Source: Vicugna vicugna (lineage: Eukaryota). From it: a stretch of DNA of 64,000 nucleotides. Numbering within the stretch: position 1 is the first letter of the stretch; every line of letters starts with the position of its first letter. This document shows positions 14,216 to 27,502 of this stretch, piece by piece. The notes below the pieces were generated by a model. That model ran no database searches. It was not told the DNA's origin and was given only the letters and a program-made list of their open reading frames with translations. The translations under genes and the position numbers were made by a program. The stretch is taken from NCBI GenBank assembly GCA_013265495.1, contig MU058844.1, positions 5,248,344 through 5,312,343 of the forward strand, given 5' to 3'.

Positions 14216-14789
14216 CTTTTTTTGTATTAATTTTTGATAGAAATATAACTGGTTACAATGTGTCAGTTTCTGGTGTACAGCATAATATTTTAGTCATACA
14301 TATACATACATGTATTTGTTTTCATATTATTTTTCATTATAGGTTACCACAAGATATTGAATATAGTTCCCTGGGCTATATAGAAGAAATCTGTTTTTTA
14401 TTAATTTTTATATATAGGAGTTTTTATTTGCAAATCTCAAACTCCCTATTTATCCCTTCCCACCCCCTTTTCCCTGGGAACCATAAGTTTGTTTACTATG
14501 TCTGGGTCTACTTCTGTTTTGTATATGCATTCATTAGTATCTTTTTCCTTTTTTTAGATTCCATGTATGAGTGATATCATATGGTATTTTTCTTTCTCTT
14601 TCTGGCTTGCTTCACTTAGAGTGATCCGTCCATGTTGCTGCAAATGGCATTATGTTTTTCTTTTTATGGCTGAGTAATATTCCACTGTATAAATATACCA
14701 CTGCTTCTTTATCCAGTCATCTATCTCACACCAGTCAGAATGGAGATCATTAAAAACAAACAAACAAACAAACAAACAAACAAACAAAC
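14216..14789 (-). mobile_element. 5'-truncated lineage L1 with a short inverted 5' segment
   Basis: Antisense L1 3' UTR and ORF2 end at 14216-14724, then a sense fragment CTCACACCAGTCAGAATGG..ATCATTAAAAA and a (CAAA)n run. Confidence 0.88.
14753..14789. repeat. (AAAC)9 microsatellite
   Basis: Perfect tetranucleotide run, seen directly. Confidence 0.95.
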
Positions 14790-15198
14790 TCTCATGTATT
14801 TAAGAATACAACCTTACTTGAAATAGGGTCTTTGTAGATGTAGTCAGATTAAGATAAGGTTATTAAGGTGGGCTCTGATTCAGTGTAACTTGTGTCTTTA
14901 TAAGAAGAGGAAAAAGGATGTACAGGCACACAAGGGGAAAACTCCATGGATTGACAGAGGCAGAAATTGAAGTGCTGTAGCTATAAGCCTAAGAATAGCA
15001 AGGATTGCTGGCAAGTCACTAGAAGCTAGAAAAAGGCACAGAAACTTTTCTCCCTAAAGGTTTCAGAGGGAGCATGATCTTGTCACCATCTTGATTTCAG
15101 AATTCTAGCCTTCAGAACAGTGAGACAATAAAGTTCTAATTGTTCTAAGTCACCCAGTTAGTGGTGCTTTGCTACATCAGGCGTAGGTAACTAATACA

Positions 15199-16102
15199 GG
15201 TATTTTCATTAACTGAGATTATGACTTTAATAGAGGAAATCTAAGAGGATGAGATATTTTAATGAGTTGTTCTAATGATTGGAGTAAGGAGCAGGTTGCT
15301 TCTGTGTTGGATTCAACCTGTACTCTCATATTTTAACAGGCCGCCACCCAAGACTGTGTAAATGTTTCTTATGGGACACATATAGTCCATTTGGGCGATA
15401 ACCAGGATGGGGTTAAGTTCTGCCCAAGTCAAGAGAATTGTCTTCATGGAAGACACAGAAATTGTATGCACTGTATTACGGAAAGCCAAACTTTGGAGAA
15501 GAATTAGCAGGGGAAGGAACATCAAGATCAGTTTCAAGTCAGTGGAGTTTTAGTTGAAGGGCCCAGAATGCGCACGAGAGTAAAGGAGTCAGCTTTAAAT
15601 ATTTGTCAAGCACAGAATGTTTTGAGCTCTTTTGTGAAAGTAGCCATCAAATGGGAATATTGTATGTCCTTTACCTTTCTTGTTTTTGCTTTGCTACTGG
15701 AAGACTCAGGAACAGCAGCTAGTGAGTGATGTGTGAAAAGAGGAGGAAAGAATAAAGACTCCAACTATTTGCTCTCCTTACAAGACAGAAGACTTGCCTC
15801 TAACCTGCACTGGTTAGGGGAAGAAAAGAAAAAAATATGCTACTGTTTAATTTAGATTGAAGCGTTGAGTAATATGTTGGAATGCATGTAAGATTATTTC
15901 TAAATCAAGGCCGTATTTTCTGACATAAGTAATTTAGAATTTTCTATCACTTAGGAGGATTCTGGAAAATCATGAGATGTGCCCAAGTTTTTATCTAGGG
16001 ACAGAGGAGGTACCTACAGGTTATTTTTTAAGAATGTGATAGAATAAAAGTAAAGTTTCTGCTGTAATTACATCTCATGGATTTTAATTGTTTGTACACC
16101 AC
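15199..16102 (+). mobile_element. Ancient Gypsy-type LTR (MamGypLTR-like); may begin near 14030, upstream of the MLT1C
   Basis: The 3' part (TTTCTATCACTTAGGAG..GAAAATCATGAGATGTGCCCAAGTTTTTATCTAGGGACAG..AAAAGTAAAG..ATTACATCTCATG) resembles the recalled MamGypLTR consensus. Confidence 0.5.
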
Positions 16103-16699
16103 TCTTAGAGGCAGAGATTAGAACTTGAATAATCAGGCATTCCTTGCTGATTATTACATGATGATGAGATATCTTGTGAAAATAACATACTAGATGGTGA
16201 TTTTCAACCTCATCAGGCACTTTCTCTGGAGAAATTTAAACATGAGATGCAAAAAAGGAAACTCAGTGTGGTGCTAAATGAGACATAAATAAGACAATGC
16301 AGAAATCAAAAAATAGCTGCAGTTACTTGTAAGCAGAATCTGTGCAGCAGAGAGAGGAGAGTTGGAGCATTTAACATACCTGGAAACTCTGGAATGGCTG
16401 TGTGTCTAGATAGAATAAGTAGCAAGAGATTACTTTAAAGTTGAGAATACCTGGTTTCTTTTTGGGACACAGTTGTCATTGTCTTCTGAATAACAGAGAA
16501 TAATAATCATTGTCAGGAGACCCCCAGGGTATGTCACCAAGAAGATTTTTATGTTTCTTTACCACCCTGTGTTGTCTTAATATTAGCTTTCATCTCTAGA
16601 CATAATCTCCTGAGACGGCTCAGTTTTCTTAAATTTTACATACAGAATTTAACCACTTACTTATAACCAACATACAACCGATGTATTTTTGTTGGCTAT

Positions 16700-16985
16700 C
16701 AGAAACTTTTTTCTAGTGTCTGTCTTTATACACACATACCCCTTTTAGCAATGATGATAGCTGCATAATATCAGCATTTCAATAAACCATCGTTCAATTA
16801 ATAGTTTACATTTTGATGAACATTTAAATTGTTTCCAATTCCTTTTCATTTTCAACAACTGTTCATGGATATGTATGTATAAATACTTGTACCTGTCACT
16901 TTTTTAATGACATATATCTAAATATTGTATTGCACCAACAAAGATTCTCACAGAAATGTGAATCAATTTACACACACTCTGGTAG
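16700..16985 (-). mobile_element. L1ME-type fragment
   Basis: Contains TTGATGAACATTTAAATTGTTTCCAATT..GAATCAATTTACAC, antisense L1 3' motifs. Confidence 0.5.
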
Positions 16986-17513
16986 ATTCTTAATCTCTAA
17001 GGACCTTTGTTTCTTGGGTCTCCCCTGAGTAACACCCAGTACAAAAATTATATAAATGATATTCTGTAGTCAATGTGATGACATTTTTGGCCCAAAAATT
17101 CTAAGTGAAGCACTCTTTTGAGAAAATAGACTACATTTGTATAAAATTTCAACTAGCTTTCATATTTCATAGTAACATTTAAAATATATATTAATGATTA
17201 GCTCACTTTTAACACATGTTTGACAGAAATAATTTAAAAGTAATTATACAGAGTCAAGATTTGATACTCCTGGGTAATTTGAATGCAACTTCATTTACTT
17301 TTTAGGTAGAGGAACTAAAAATTAGAAACTTTTGAAAGAATATTCTTAAAAAGTATGGTGAGTTGAAGGAGTGTCATATATACACACAACTGTGCAAGAA
17401 ATATACTTACAATTCACAAATAAAGTAATAATACACACACACAAAGACAAATCTTTAACTGTACTCTCAGTGACAAAGACACGTATAGTATTTGCAAGTG
17501 GGCAGTTTAAATA

Positions 17514-17944
17514 TAGGCACACCTTGGAGATCTTGTGAGTTCAACTTCAGACCACTGCAATAAAGCAAAGACTGAATAAAGCAGGTCACACAAATTTTGG
17601 GGGTAGTATGCTGTAGTCTATTAAGTGTTCAATAGTATTATGTCTAAAAAAAGTACATACCTTAAATAAAAATCCTTTGTTGTTAAAAAAAATACCAAAG
17701 CAATTACAGTAGTAACATCAAAGATCACTGATCACATATCACCGTAACAAATATAATAATGAAAAGTCTGAAATATTGTCAGAATTACCAAAATGTGACA
17801 AAGACATGTAAAGTGAGCAAAGACTGTTGGAAAAATGGTGCTGACATGTATGCTCAGTGCAGGGTTGCCACAAGCTTTGAAATCGTAGAAAACACAGTAT
17901 CTGTGAAGTGTGATAAAGTGACACAATAAAATGAGGTATGCGTA
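17514..17944 (-). mobile_element. Internally deleted Tigger1 derivative (Tigger1a-like), both termini present
   Basis: Begins TA|TAGGCACACCTTGGAGAT..CAGACCACTGCAATAAAGC and ends CAATAAAATGAGGTATGCGTA|TA. It has terminal inverted repeats and a TA target duplication. Confidence 0.92.
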
Positions 17945-19671
17945 TATTAACTCTCTTATAAGTATTTGTTAGCTTTTTATCATAGGAAAACACTTTCAGA
18001 TGAGAAAAAAAGATGTTGGAAGACTGATTTGGTACATCTTAAAGGTAGTTATTCATAGAAAAATATATTCCAGTATGAATTATAGACAAATACACAAATG
18101 GATACAGACATATGTGTATGATCCCCATAAAGTAATCATTTTCCATTTTTAAAAACTTTTTCAGGGAAAGATGTAGGTCACGTACCTTAGAGAAGAGTTT
18201 AAAATAACTTATTTAGCTACAGTAAGTTAAGGTTTGATTGTAATGTCAAGATATCGCCTAAATAGAAACCTCTTGGATTCTTTCTTTACCTAACATAAAT
18301 ATATGACTCCAGCAGTAGGAATTTTATTAGGATATCTGGAATAACGGTCTTGAAATATTTTAAATGAACTTAATAAAAAAAGATCCAGCTATTTTAAAGA
18401 AACTATTGTAGTGCATCCCTATTCTACTATGATAGTTTAAATGATCTCTCTCAGAATGTGTGGGTGAGGGTAACTGAGGAGACTAAATTAAGTCTCCTAG
18501 CTTTATAGTTCCTATGAGATGAGGGATTTTTCTCTCCTTTTACTAATCTACAGACTAGAGTTTGTTTCTTAAACCTTGCCTTGTGCCTTGGCCTCCTTTT
18601 GTGAAGACAGCACTTTGAAGCTATTACCAGTTTTGGTCTCTGCGTGATATTTGCTCTTAGATTCCCTTTAAGAATCTCCCCCTCTCTGTCCTACTTATTG
18701 GGACCTTCTCCATTATAAATATTTCTTCTGGACACTAAAATTTGTATTGATATCTCTTAGTTTTTACCTGTCATCACAGTGTCTGCATTCTGGGCTCTAT
18801 CTTTATGTATAAACTTTGCCCTGTAACCTGGTGATGAATTATTAATAAGTATTTGCCTCATGCTCATTAATATATCCAGTTTCTAGTTGACCTATTCAAT
18901 TGCTTAGCTCTAAGCCTCTGTTTTGATGGTTCGACTCCTTGGGCTTTGCAGGAAACCTGTAGGCAGACTCTAACTTGTGATATTATGTGAGGAAACGTGG
19001 CTAGATTGTGAGAATGGAATAGGGAGAGCTGGGGCGTAGAGGTAAGAAAGTGGGAAAACAGTTCCAGTGTTTAAGAAAAAGGAACTAATCCATGCTTCCA
19101 GGAAAGTGGGGCCCGTTATGAGGGAATAGAGATGTGCTTACTTCATGAAGCCGAGAAAGCAGTGTCACCATAGTCTAACCCTCACTGGGGATGAAAGTTG
19201 GAGCCCTACCAAGATTTAAAATCAAGGTTTTAAAATCTTTTTTAAAATCTACCTTAAACAAGTAGAACAGTGCAGGAGTTTTAGTAACAGTGCCTCAGAG
19301 GGAGGAGGATGGGAAAGGTGAACAGTGGGATTTTGACTTAGAGATTCCCATCATAAGTGGAAACAGGCTGATAGAAGAGTGTCCTGAGGACTTTCCTGAC
19401 TATCAATAGTGCAGCACTGGAATGGTCAGAGCATCATCTCCATAACCCTAGAGACAGGAGGTACCTGGGAACGTGGAAGAGAGAGCAGCTTGTAAAACAT
19501 CCAGGTGATTTTCATCCTCTAAATGACAATTTTGTTGGATTTATAGTTCCTAAATTTTTAAAGGTGGATGATAATCTAGAAAAATCTGGAGAAATACATT
19601 TTTGATTTGTTTTGTTACCAAATTACACCCGAAACTGAAGCCCTAGAAGCACTTGCTGCAAGTCACAAACT

Positions 19672-19750
19672 CTGTTCATTCAGCCAATATGTATTAAGCA
19701 CTTTCTAAGTGCCTTACTTTTCTGTATCATGATAGGCATTAAATACAAAG
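19672..19750 (-). mobile_element. L2 3' end fragment
   Basis: Contains TTCATTCAGCCAATATGTATTAAGCACTTTCTAAGTGCC. Confidence 0.55.
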
Positions 19751-20296
19751 AGGACTTGGTAAACCAAAATGAGGGGAAGTCTAATAATTTTCTGGTAAAT
19801 GCAGATTTGATTTGCTTTCAGTTGGTTTCTCTCTTTCAATATAGAATTTTTGCCCAGAAGGTCTAAACACTAGAAAAATAGGAAAGACTTAAGAAGGCCT
19901 CATTCAGATTCAAACTAGCATTTCTTTTTATAATGTTAAAATAAGGTTAATATTTAGTAAACTTAAGCTGACTTCTTTTTTCCTTGTCAAAAAGAGAGAA
20001 GAAGTAATATATTTTTAACAAGTATATATATAGGCATGGGTCTTAAAAATGAAAACAAAATAAAACATGTTTATATATAATTATATTATTGGTAGAGAAC
20101 AAATTAAAAAATACCCTTTCCACCAAAAAAGATAGCTAGTCATTGACATTTTAAATTATTTTTAACTCTTTTAACTAAATGAACTGAGCTTCTGAATCCT
20201 CTCCCCTGACTTCCTTGACTATTTATTTTATTTTCAATAAAAAAATTGAAATGTGAGAAAGTTTTCAGAGGTACATTCTACAGGAAGAAAAATTAT

Positions 20297-20462
20297 TTTG
20301 TATTAGGTATTGTGAATCAGCTAGAGATGACTTAAAGTGTATGGGAAAGTGTGTGTAGATTAAATGCAAATGCTGTGCCATTTTGTATAAGGGACTTGAA
20401 CATCTGTGGACTTTGCTATTTATCGGGGCCCTGGGACCACTCTCCTACAGATACCAAGTAGT
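20297..20462 (+). mobile_element. Tigger3 (Golem)-family 3' terminal fragment
   Basis: Contains TGTATTAGGTATT..CTAGAGATGACTTAAAGTGTATGGGA..CCATTTTGTATAAGGGACTTGAACATCTGTGGA..CAGATACCAAG. Confidence 0.88.
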
Positions 20463-23400
20463 CACTTGATAGACTACTGGCGTGGGTGTGACCATGTTTA
20501 ATGAACTTTAGTTCCTAAGTATTGTATAAACTTTGGCCTTAGTTCTCTCGCCTATTAAATGTAGATACCTATATTTTCATTTTCAAGGTACTCGTATAGG
20601 GTTGGTCAAAAAAGATGGTGTTGTTACTATATTAAGTCTGAAGTGTCTTCTTATCCAAAAGATATTTGTGTTTTTAACTAGAATTTTCAATGGCCTAACT
20701 CAAATGAATTATCAAATTAAGCACCATGATCAGTCATCTGTTACCATATTTTTGGTCAGAACAATCTCCTCCCCTCCCCAATCTTGAAATTTATGTATTC
20801 TTGACTTTTCTAAGTATGAGATAATCCTCACTGTCACATAGATAGTGAAAAAAAGTGACAGCTAAGCTTATTGTCAACTTCATAGGGAATTGATGACTGT
20901 ACAATAAAATTGTAAAAGTGAAATATTGCTTAGTCTGAAAATACAAGAGTAATTTAATTCAGGGAGTTTTAAATTGTTTAAGAGCTGTCCAATCTCTGCT
21001 GGCCTATAATACACACATACCTACTCCTTGGAGTGGGGTAATGGTGAGAAACTATAAAAAGTCTAATATCTGTAAGGTTAAATTAGATTGTGGAAAGCTA
21101 CAAAATTCTCAAGTGTTTTGGTGATACAATTATTCCAGAAACAAATTTGATTGTACTTAATAACATAGAGATTTCTTTATATGGTGTTTTTGCTGTTGGA
21201 GATATTAGATCCTAGAAAATTTTTTCAAACTCATCCAAATAAATTATGTTAGAAAAGACTTAGTAGTTGTTTAACTTAACTCATAAAAACATAAATAAGT
21301 ATCAGCTTACTGAGGATAAAATTTCCATTACCAATAATAACTTTTAATGCATTATGAAAGGTAACCCCATAAAAAATGCAGTATAATTACATTTGCTGAC
21401 ATGCTGCAGTTTAATTAGGGTTAATTAAATTGAACTATTGGCAATTTTTGCTTATTTGCCTTATCTAAGAAAACACTATGATTTAAAGGTTAATTGCAGA
21501 ATTTGTAAAATAAAGTTGCTTCTCCATCAACTACTTTTCACGTAAATACAGATGGATAATTTTGCCACTCTGTAGATAAAATGGTGGATTTATTATTTAA
21601 TATTGTGCATTGAACATAACTAAAGAGCATGAATAACTTTAAAGACTATAAATATAAAATTTTATTTTAAACTAATACTGCTATGTTGGTGTTTCCTTTT
21701 AATTCAGAGGGCTAATTCTTCTTGAAGCTCAGGAGGGTTGTCTTTTCTATGTTTAAGGAGCCATCTTTTGGGGCTGTTCTTTTAGTATCTCTTACCTTAC
21801 AAGAGCACTTCACTTGCACCTGTTTTAATTTGGCCCTAGTGTGCTCTCCAACTTGTTGATTTGTTTTATAACTCTTTACCTCACTTTCTGAGATTTCAAA
21901 CAAAATCCTTAAACTGAATCAAGCTCATTATATACTGTCTTAATTCCTTTATAATCCCATTGCTTCTCTAGTGGGGGCCCTTATTCTTCACAAATTCTCA
22001 GCTCCACTACTTGCATGTATCCCCAGCATTTCATCTCTCAACAACATGACCTACCCCTTTTTAAATCCCCTGTTTTTTCAACATTTCAGTAAATAGTGAT
22101 CTACTCCAACTACTGGTAGAGCATAAGGGTGGCAATTGCAGAATAGTTCAGGATATCTGATGTATTTGCTTCTTTGCTTTCTCTTTACTCTTAAGTTATG
22201 ACTATTTGATCCCATGCAGCTCTGGCTCAGGCAAATGGTCAGTTACAAGTGCAAGTTCACAAGATCAGAGCAGGAATGGAAATCAAGTAGATTTGGCACT
22301 CAGACTACTGAAGGTTTAATCAGTGCTTCTCTTCGGCAAAGCCACAGTGAAACCAAGTGGTTCTATTTAGAGAGACTGAGTAAACCACTGCAATGTGAGC
22401 TGTCTCTGACCAGACAGGAGACTGAGTATTTTCAAGAAGTTTAATTGAATAAAATAGCTAATGACTTTGGGAATAGAGAATATGCTTCATTGATGATTGG
22501 TCTTTTATTTTTGTTTTTCTCAAATATGAATCATATTCTAGATGTGTATCTTTTTTTTTTTGCAAGGACAGTCAATACATTATACAGTAACACAGTATAT
22601 AAACCAAGTTCATTTTCATTTTTTTAGCTTACAATCATGTGTCCTTCAATAGAAAACTTAGTACTCCCAATATAGATCTAAATGTTACAGTGCAGTTTTC
22701 AATAATGATAAGGCAAATATTCATATTCTTTGCCCTGAGATTTTGTTTAACAGTTTTTTATAAATTAAAGTGTTTTGAAAATACATTGAAAAAACTTGCA
22801 CTGTGAAAAGATAAACAATTCAGTTCATATCTTTTAATGATGTACTTTGCATTTCTAGTATTATGATATGTTCTAATTTATTACAGTGGTTACTCCTTTA
22901 CTCTGTGCTCTATAGATATAAAAATACAATGAAATAATCAAAACATGTTACAGACACAAAAATTATTTTTTAAAACCATTTTTATTAGAATATAGTAGGG
23001 TTGTTGAAAATATATCCTTATATAAAGCTTTCCTATAACACTGAAATAATCTGTTTAATATTTTCACTAATAGTATTTGTATTTTTTCCTTAGCTATTTC
23101 ATTAGAAGATGTGAATAAATTAACAATGAAAAGCAAACAATTAGCGGTATTTGAAAAGAAGTTTTTTTAAAAATTCATTTCTCCTTAGGAAAGGACATTA
23201 TGATTTAGAATTTTCTCATGTGACTTAGGTATCTGAATAATTATCCTAATAAAATTATTTTTGCAATTGAACTAGATACAGAATACTTTTTCATAGGCAC
23301 ATATGTGTGTATGTGCTTCGACAAATTTATTGAGAATGATACAAACTGTATGAAAACACGAAGATATTTTGCAACTGTGTTTTAAGTAATGCAAATGTCG

Positions 23401-24335
23401 AAAATTACCACTTTGCTTTCTAATGTACATAGATATTTTAGTGCAGCTCCCAATTTTAAAATGGCATGAAGTGATTAATATTCATCAAAAAGAAGTGGGA
23501 AGAGAGGCATCATTTTATTTTCAATTAATAGAAAACATGGCACTGTCTATTTTTAGTTGCCTAGCTCTTTATCCATTCCCTTTGGAAGTGAATGGACTGC
23601 CACACTCCATGTCTGCTTTCTTGCTGAAAGTGCTTGCCTGTGCTGCCAAGCTCGCCGTACACTTTCTGTCTGGCATTGAAGCACTGTCTTTCTCAGCCAT
23701 GAAAGTCTGTGTTTTGTGATAAAGTACAGTTATGGGCAGCCTTGCTGACTACTCTGCTGCAGACAGAACACTTGCTACAATATTCCATTTGAAAACTCTC
23801 TTCTGATGTTTGACTTTCTTCTGAAACTGTACTTGAAATCCTAATGGTTCTCTCTTTAATATTTTAACTAATTTTACCTGTTTAATATGAAGTAGATATT
23901 TAATTTTAAATTGAGCAAGGAATTTTTGCTGCTGAAGGTAAATATTATGAGGAATAAACCACAATTTATATACCTGATTTAACCCAGCATATATCACTTA
24001 AATGTGGGGATTTACAGTTTCCAGGCTACTGTGGAGGTAATCTTATTTGTGATAGATTGATGTATTGATTTCAAATTTTACAAGATCTGCACTGATTATG
24101 TCAGTCTGTGAGATGGCATAGTGCTATATCACTGCAAATCCTTTTAGCATGGGGAATGAATTCTTTGGTTGTATTCTCAACCATTTCTTTAATGTGTGTG
24201 TAGGTATCACCTTGGAACATCCATTTCTGGTATTTTGTAGGCACTGTGCTACTTCAAATACCTAGAAATGAAGGATAGAACAAGAGAATATTCTGAGTTC
24301 AGATGTACATAAAATATCAAAAATACAGGTAGCAA

Positions 24336-24455
24336 GGGGGAAGGTATAGCTCATTGGTAGAGTGCTGGTTAGCATGCACAAGTTCCTGGGTTCAGTTACC
24401 AGTACCTCCATTTAAATAAATAAATAAAACCCTAATTACCAAAAAAAATAAAAAT
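24336..24455 (+). mobile_element. tRNA-derived SINE, camelid Vic-1 type
   Basis: GGGGGAAGGTATAGCTCATTGGTAGAGTG (A box), CCTGGGTTCAGTTACC (B box), then (TAAA)n, CCTAATTACC and an A tail. The target duplication is AAAAATACAGG(T/G)A(G/A)CAA at 24319-24335 and 24456-24472. Confidence 0.93.
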
Positions 24456-24539
24456 AAAAATACAGGGAACAAAAAGAAAGAGCAACTTCTTAGTAAACTA
24501 ATGAGCAGTATTGCAAAAAAAAGAATATAATCAAAGGAA

Positions 24540-27470
24540 ATGATTCTGCAGAAGTCCCAAAACTCCTAGGAATGTGTGTTTTGAGGGATGGATGGAAGGA
24601 AGATTTGTGTTTTATTGCTCATACATATAAGAGAAGAAAAGGCCTTGACAAAGAGTATGCATCTTATGAGAGAATTAGAGAAGAAATCTTCCACATAACC
24701 AGATTTTTCTAAAGGCTATAATCTCAAAGAAAGAGTGGATTAGAAATAAAATTCAATCACCAAAGCATATAGATGTCAGAAAGACTTTTATAAGTTGGCC
24801 TGGCCTTTGACTAAAACATTTAACAACAAAAGAAAAAAAATGAGTCCCCTCATAACAATGACCTACTGTCAAATGGGTTTAAATATTTGAATTATACAAC
24901 ATATTGAGTGTTTGAAAATGCAGGCTGAAATATTAGTATGAGTGTTCCCTAGGCAGTGATCTACCAAGTGCCTAGCAAAAAAGAAGTAAAATCTAGTTGG
25001 GTATTGGAACCATAATCCAACATTACCTAGCATTTCCATAGATTAAACACAAACTATATCATTTCTAGAATTATGCTCATAATCCAATATTTAAAACCTC
25101 ATAATTGAAGATTCACCCATTAAGCAGGAAAGGATATAGCAGGAATATTTGACCTTCATGCATTTCAACTAAGAAAATTATCAAATAGAAACTATAACAG
25201 TCATTTAAAAATTAAGTAATAATAACATTATTATAGTAAGTAAAGTAAACATTTTCCTTTTGGCTAAAAAATCCCAAAATATTTTATAATAATTTGATTG
25301 TAAGAGACCATTGCTCCTGATGAGATTATCTAGGTTAAAAAAAAAATTAAACCAATGTTTTGTAAGACATTACAGAGCTACTATGGCATTCAGGAATTAA
25401 GGGCCAAAACCTGCAGAGGGGGAGACTCATCAAGGTGAGAACTTTTTCCTTTTGAGTTGGAAAGGTCATCTTCATGCATCTGTTTAGTTGCAGAAGAATC
25501 AGTACAGTCAATATAAATTTCACAGAACTCAGGATACAGAATTTAGAATTCTGATCTTCAAAGGCAGGAGAGCTCAATATTTAATTTAAAAAAAGAAGCT
25601 CAGAGAAATGATCATGATGCTCAGTAACTATATACTCATTAAGACATATGCTGATCAAACTGACCAGAGTAGTAGCCCAGAAAGCACAAAAAGAGCCTCA
25701 AAGAGCACAAAATGCAGAGGCAATTTTATTTAGCAGCTCTTTGGAGCTAAACACAAAACAAAATGATTTCAGAATTTTCAAAGGGAGTAACAGACAAGAA
25801 AGTATCTCACAGTCTCAAGCTGAACAGCAGTGTATGGTAAAATATTCAAAGCTTTGCTCATGAGATTGAGAAAATATGAGTGTACCAGCTAAAATTAGTT
25901 CCATTAAATATCATATTGAAATCTCTAGTCAGTAGAATAAGTCAAGAAAAAAAGAGTAACGATTGAAACAAAAATAAAACTGTCGTTGTTATATAAGCCT
26001 ATCTGATTAGTCCAATAAGGAATATAAAAGACTCATAAGCAATGTAAGTGAGATTAAGCTCATAAGTAAGATTCCATATTTAGATGATTAACTTAATAAG
26101 ATAATTAAAGTTCAGAATATATCAAATATAAAAATCAGTTGTTTATTTGAACACTGCTATTTAGAAAAACACCAACTCTGTTAACTCTTTTGGAATATAT
26201 ATCTCTCAAATTATGGGCAAGACCTCTAAGCAGAAAGCCACAAAACATTGAGAAACATTAAAACAGGTATATATCACAACAGAGGTGTGCATGTGAAGTG
26301 AAAAATGAAATACTGATAGAGTTATGGTAATTAATGCAGTTGGCTTATGCAAGTGTAGCTAAGTAGAACAGTGAAAGAGAAGAGAGCAGGGGTTTCCAAA
26401 CTTTATTATACATCAGAATTACCTGAAGGGTGATTCAGTAGAATTGGAGAAGATCCTGTTTTTCTGTGGGCACCATAGTCTGACAAGCACTCTAAAGGAG
26501 AGAGTCCAGAAATAGGCCCATATTAATATGTACTGGACTTATGACAAAGGTGACATTCAAGAATTATCATTTCAATAAATTTCACTCAGTTAACTAGATA
26601 CTCATTTGGAAAAAAATGACACACTCAGTAATGAAATTGGCCAAGAAACACACACAGACACTTCATAAGAGAGGATAGCCAAGTGACCTTTGTAAACAAA
26701 TGAAAAGTTGCTGAACTTCATTATCAGGGAAATGCAAATACAACCATGAAATACCACTACTCACCTAAAAAAAGAAAATTGTACAGAATGATAAAGACTG
26801 ATAATGGTGAGTTTGTGTATAAATCTATACCTAGACACAAGAAAGTGAGACTGAAGGATAAAGGCATCCTTAAAGATTGTAAAAGTCCCCAGATAGAATG
26901 AAGAAGAAAAATAAATTAACTTGATAGCAAACATTTTAACAGGGACAGTAACAATGTATTTTAAAAGGATGAGAGAAAGTAAAAGTCAGCAATGTATTCC
27001 TACAATGTATTCCTATCTAAACTATCATTCAGGACTGAAACAAGTATATTCCTAAACAGTAACTGCTAAAATTAAAATAATAGTAAGGATAATAATAAAT
27101 TTCAAAAAAAGATAATTTAAAATGAGTGAAATATAAAAAGAAATGCGTATGCATAGAAACAAGTAAATGTGTCAGTGTGAGCAGAGGTGCAAAGTATAAA
27201 GCAAAATTAATAGATACTAAGTTGTGATCTACGGAAACAAGGCCAAAACTTAAGAGGATAAAATCTGCAGACTGAAGAGGCCCATTAGAGTTTTAGGATT
27301 CTAAGTTTATTGTATCACATGGGTAGAAGTCTTCATTTGTTTTAGATTTTATGTTAAGCATTCACTTAAAAATATTAAGGATAATGATTAAGTAGTAGAA
27401 TGTATCCAAATCACTATTGTAAAACAAACAGAAGGAAGTAAAGATACCTAGAAATCTCAGTCAAAACACT
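24540..27470 (+). mobile_element. Mosaic of highly decayed ancient L1 fragments, with a MER5A-like piece at about 26387-26490
   Basis: Scattered sense L1 motifs (GAGAGTCCAGAAATAGGCCCA..ACTTATGACAAAGGTGAC; ATCAGGGAAATGCAAAT..ATGAAATACCACTAC). The MER5-like piece reads CAGGGGTTTCCAAACTT..CATCAGAATTACCTGAAGGG. Confidence 0.6.
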
Positions 27471-27502
27471 GTAAGATTGATATAATCAGTCTCAGTCAAG
27501 CC

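Larger units (their letters stand above)
14160..15198 (+). mobile_element. MaLR LTR MLT1C-like, interrupted by an L1 at 14216-14789
   Basis: 5' end TTATGGGTTGAATTGTGTCC..TAACCCC. The LTR resumes at GAAATAGGGTCTTTGTAGATG and ends GTGAGACAATAAA..CTAATACA. Confidence 0.88.

Noticed and set aside
19210..19250. AT-rich inverted repeat or hairpin
   Set aside because: Short, imperfect and low in complexity, so unremarkable at this base composition.
18940..19500. Purine-rich, GC-elevated segment as a promoter or exon
   Set aside because: No CpG island or ORF. It is probably an old LTR remnant that I could not assign to a family.
24336..24410. tRNA genes here and at 31136
   Set aside because: These are SINE heads with an AT-rich tail and target duplication, and they lack an intact cloverleaf.
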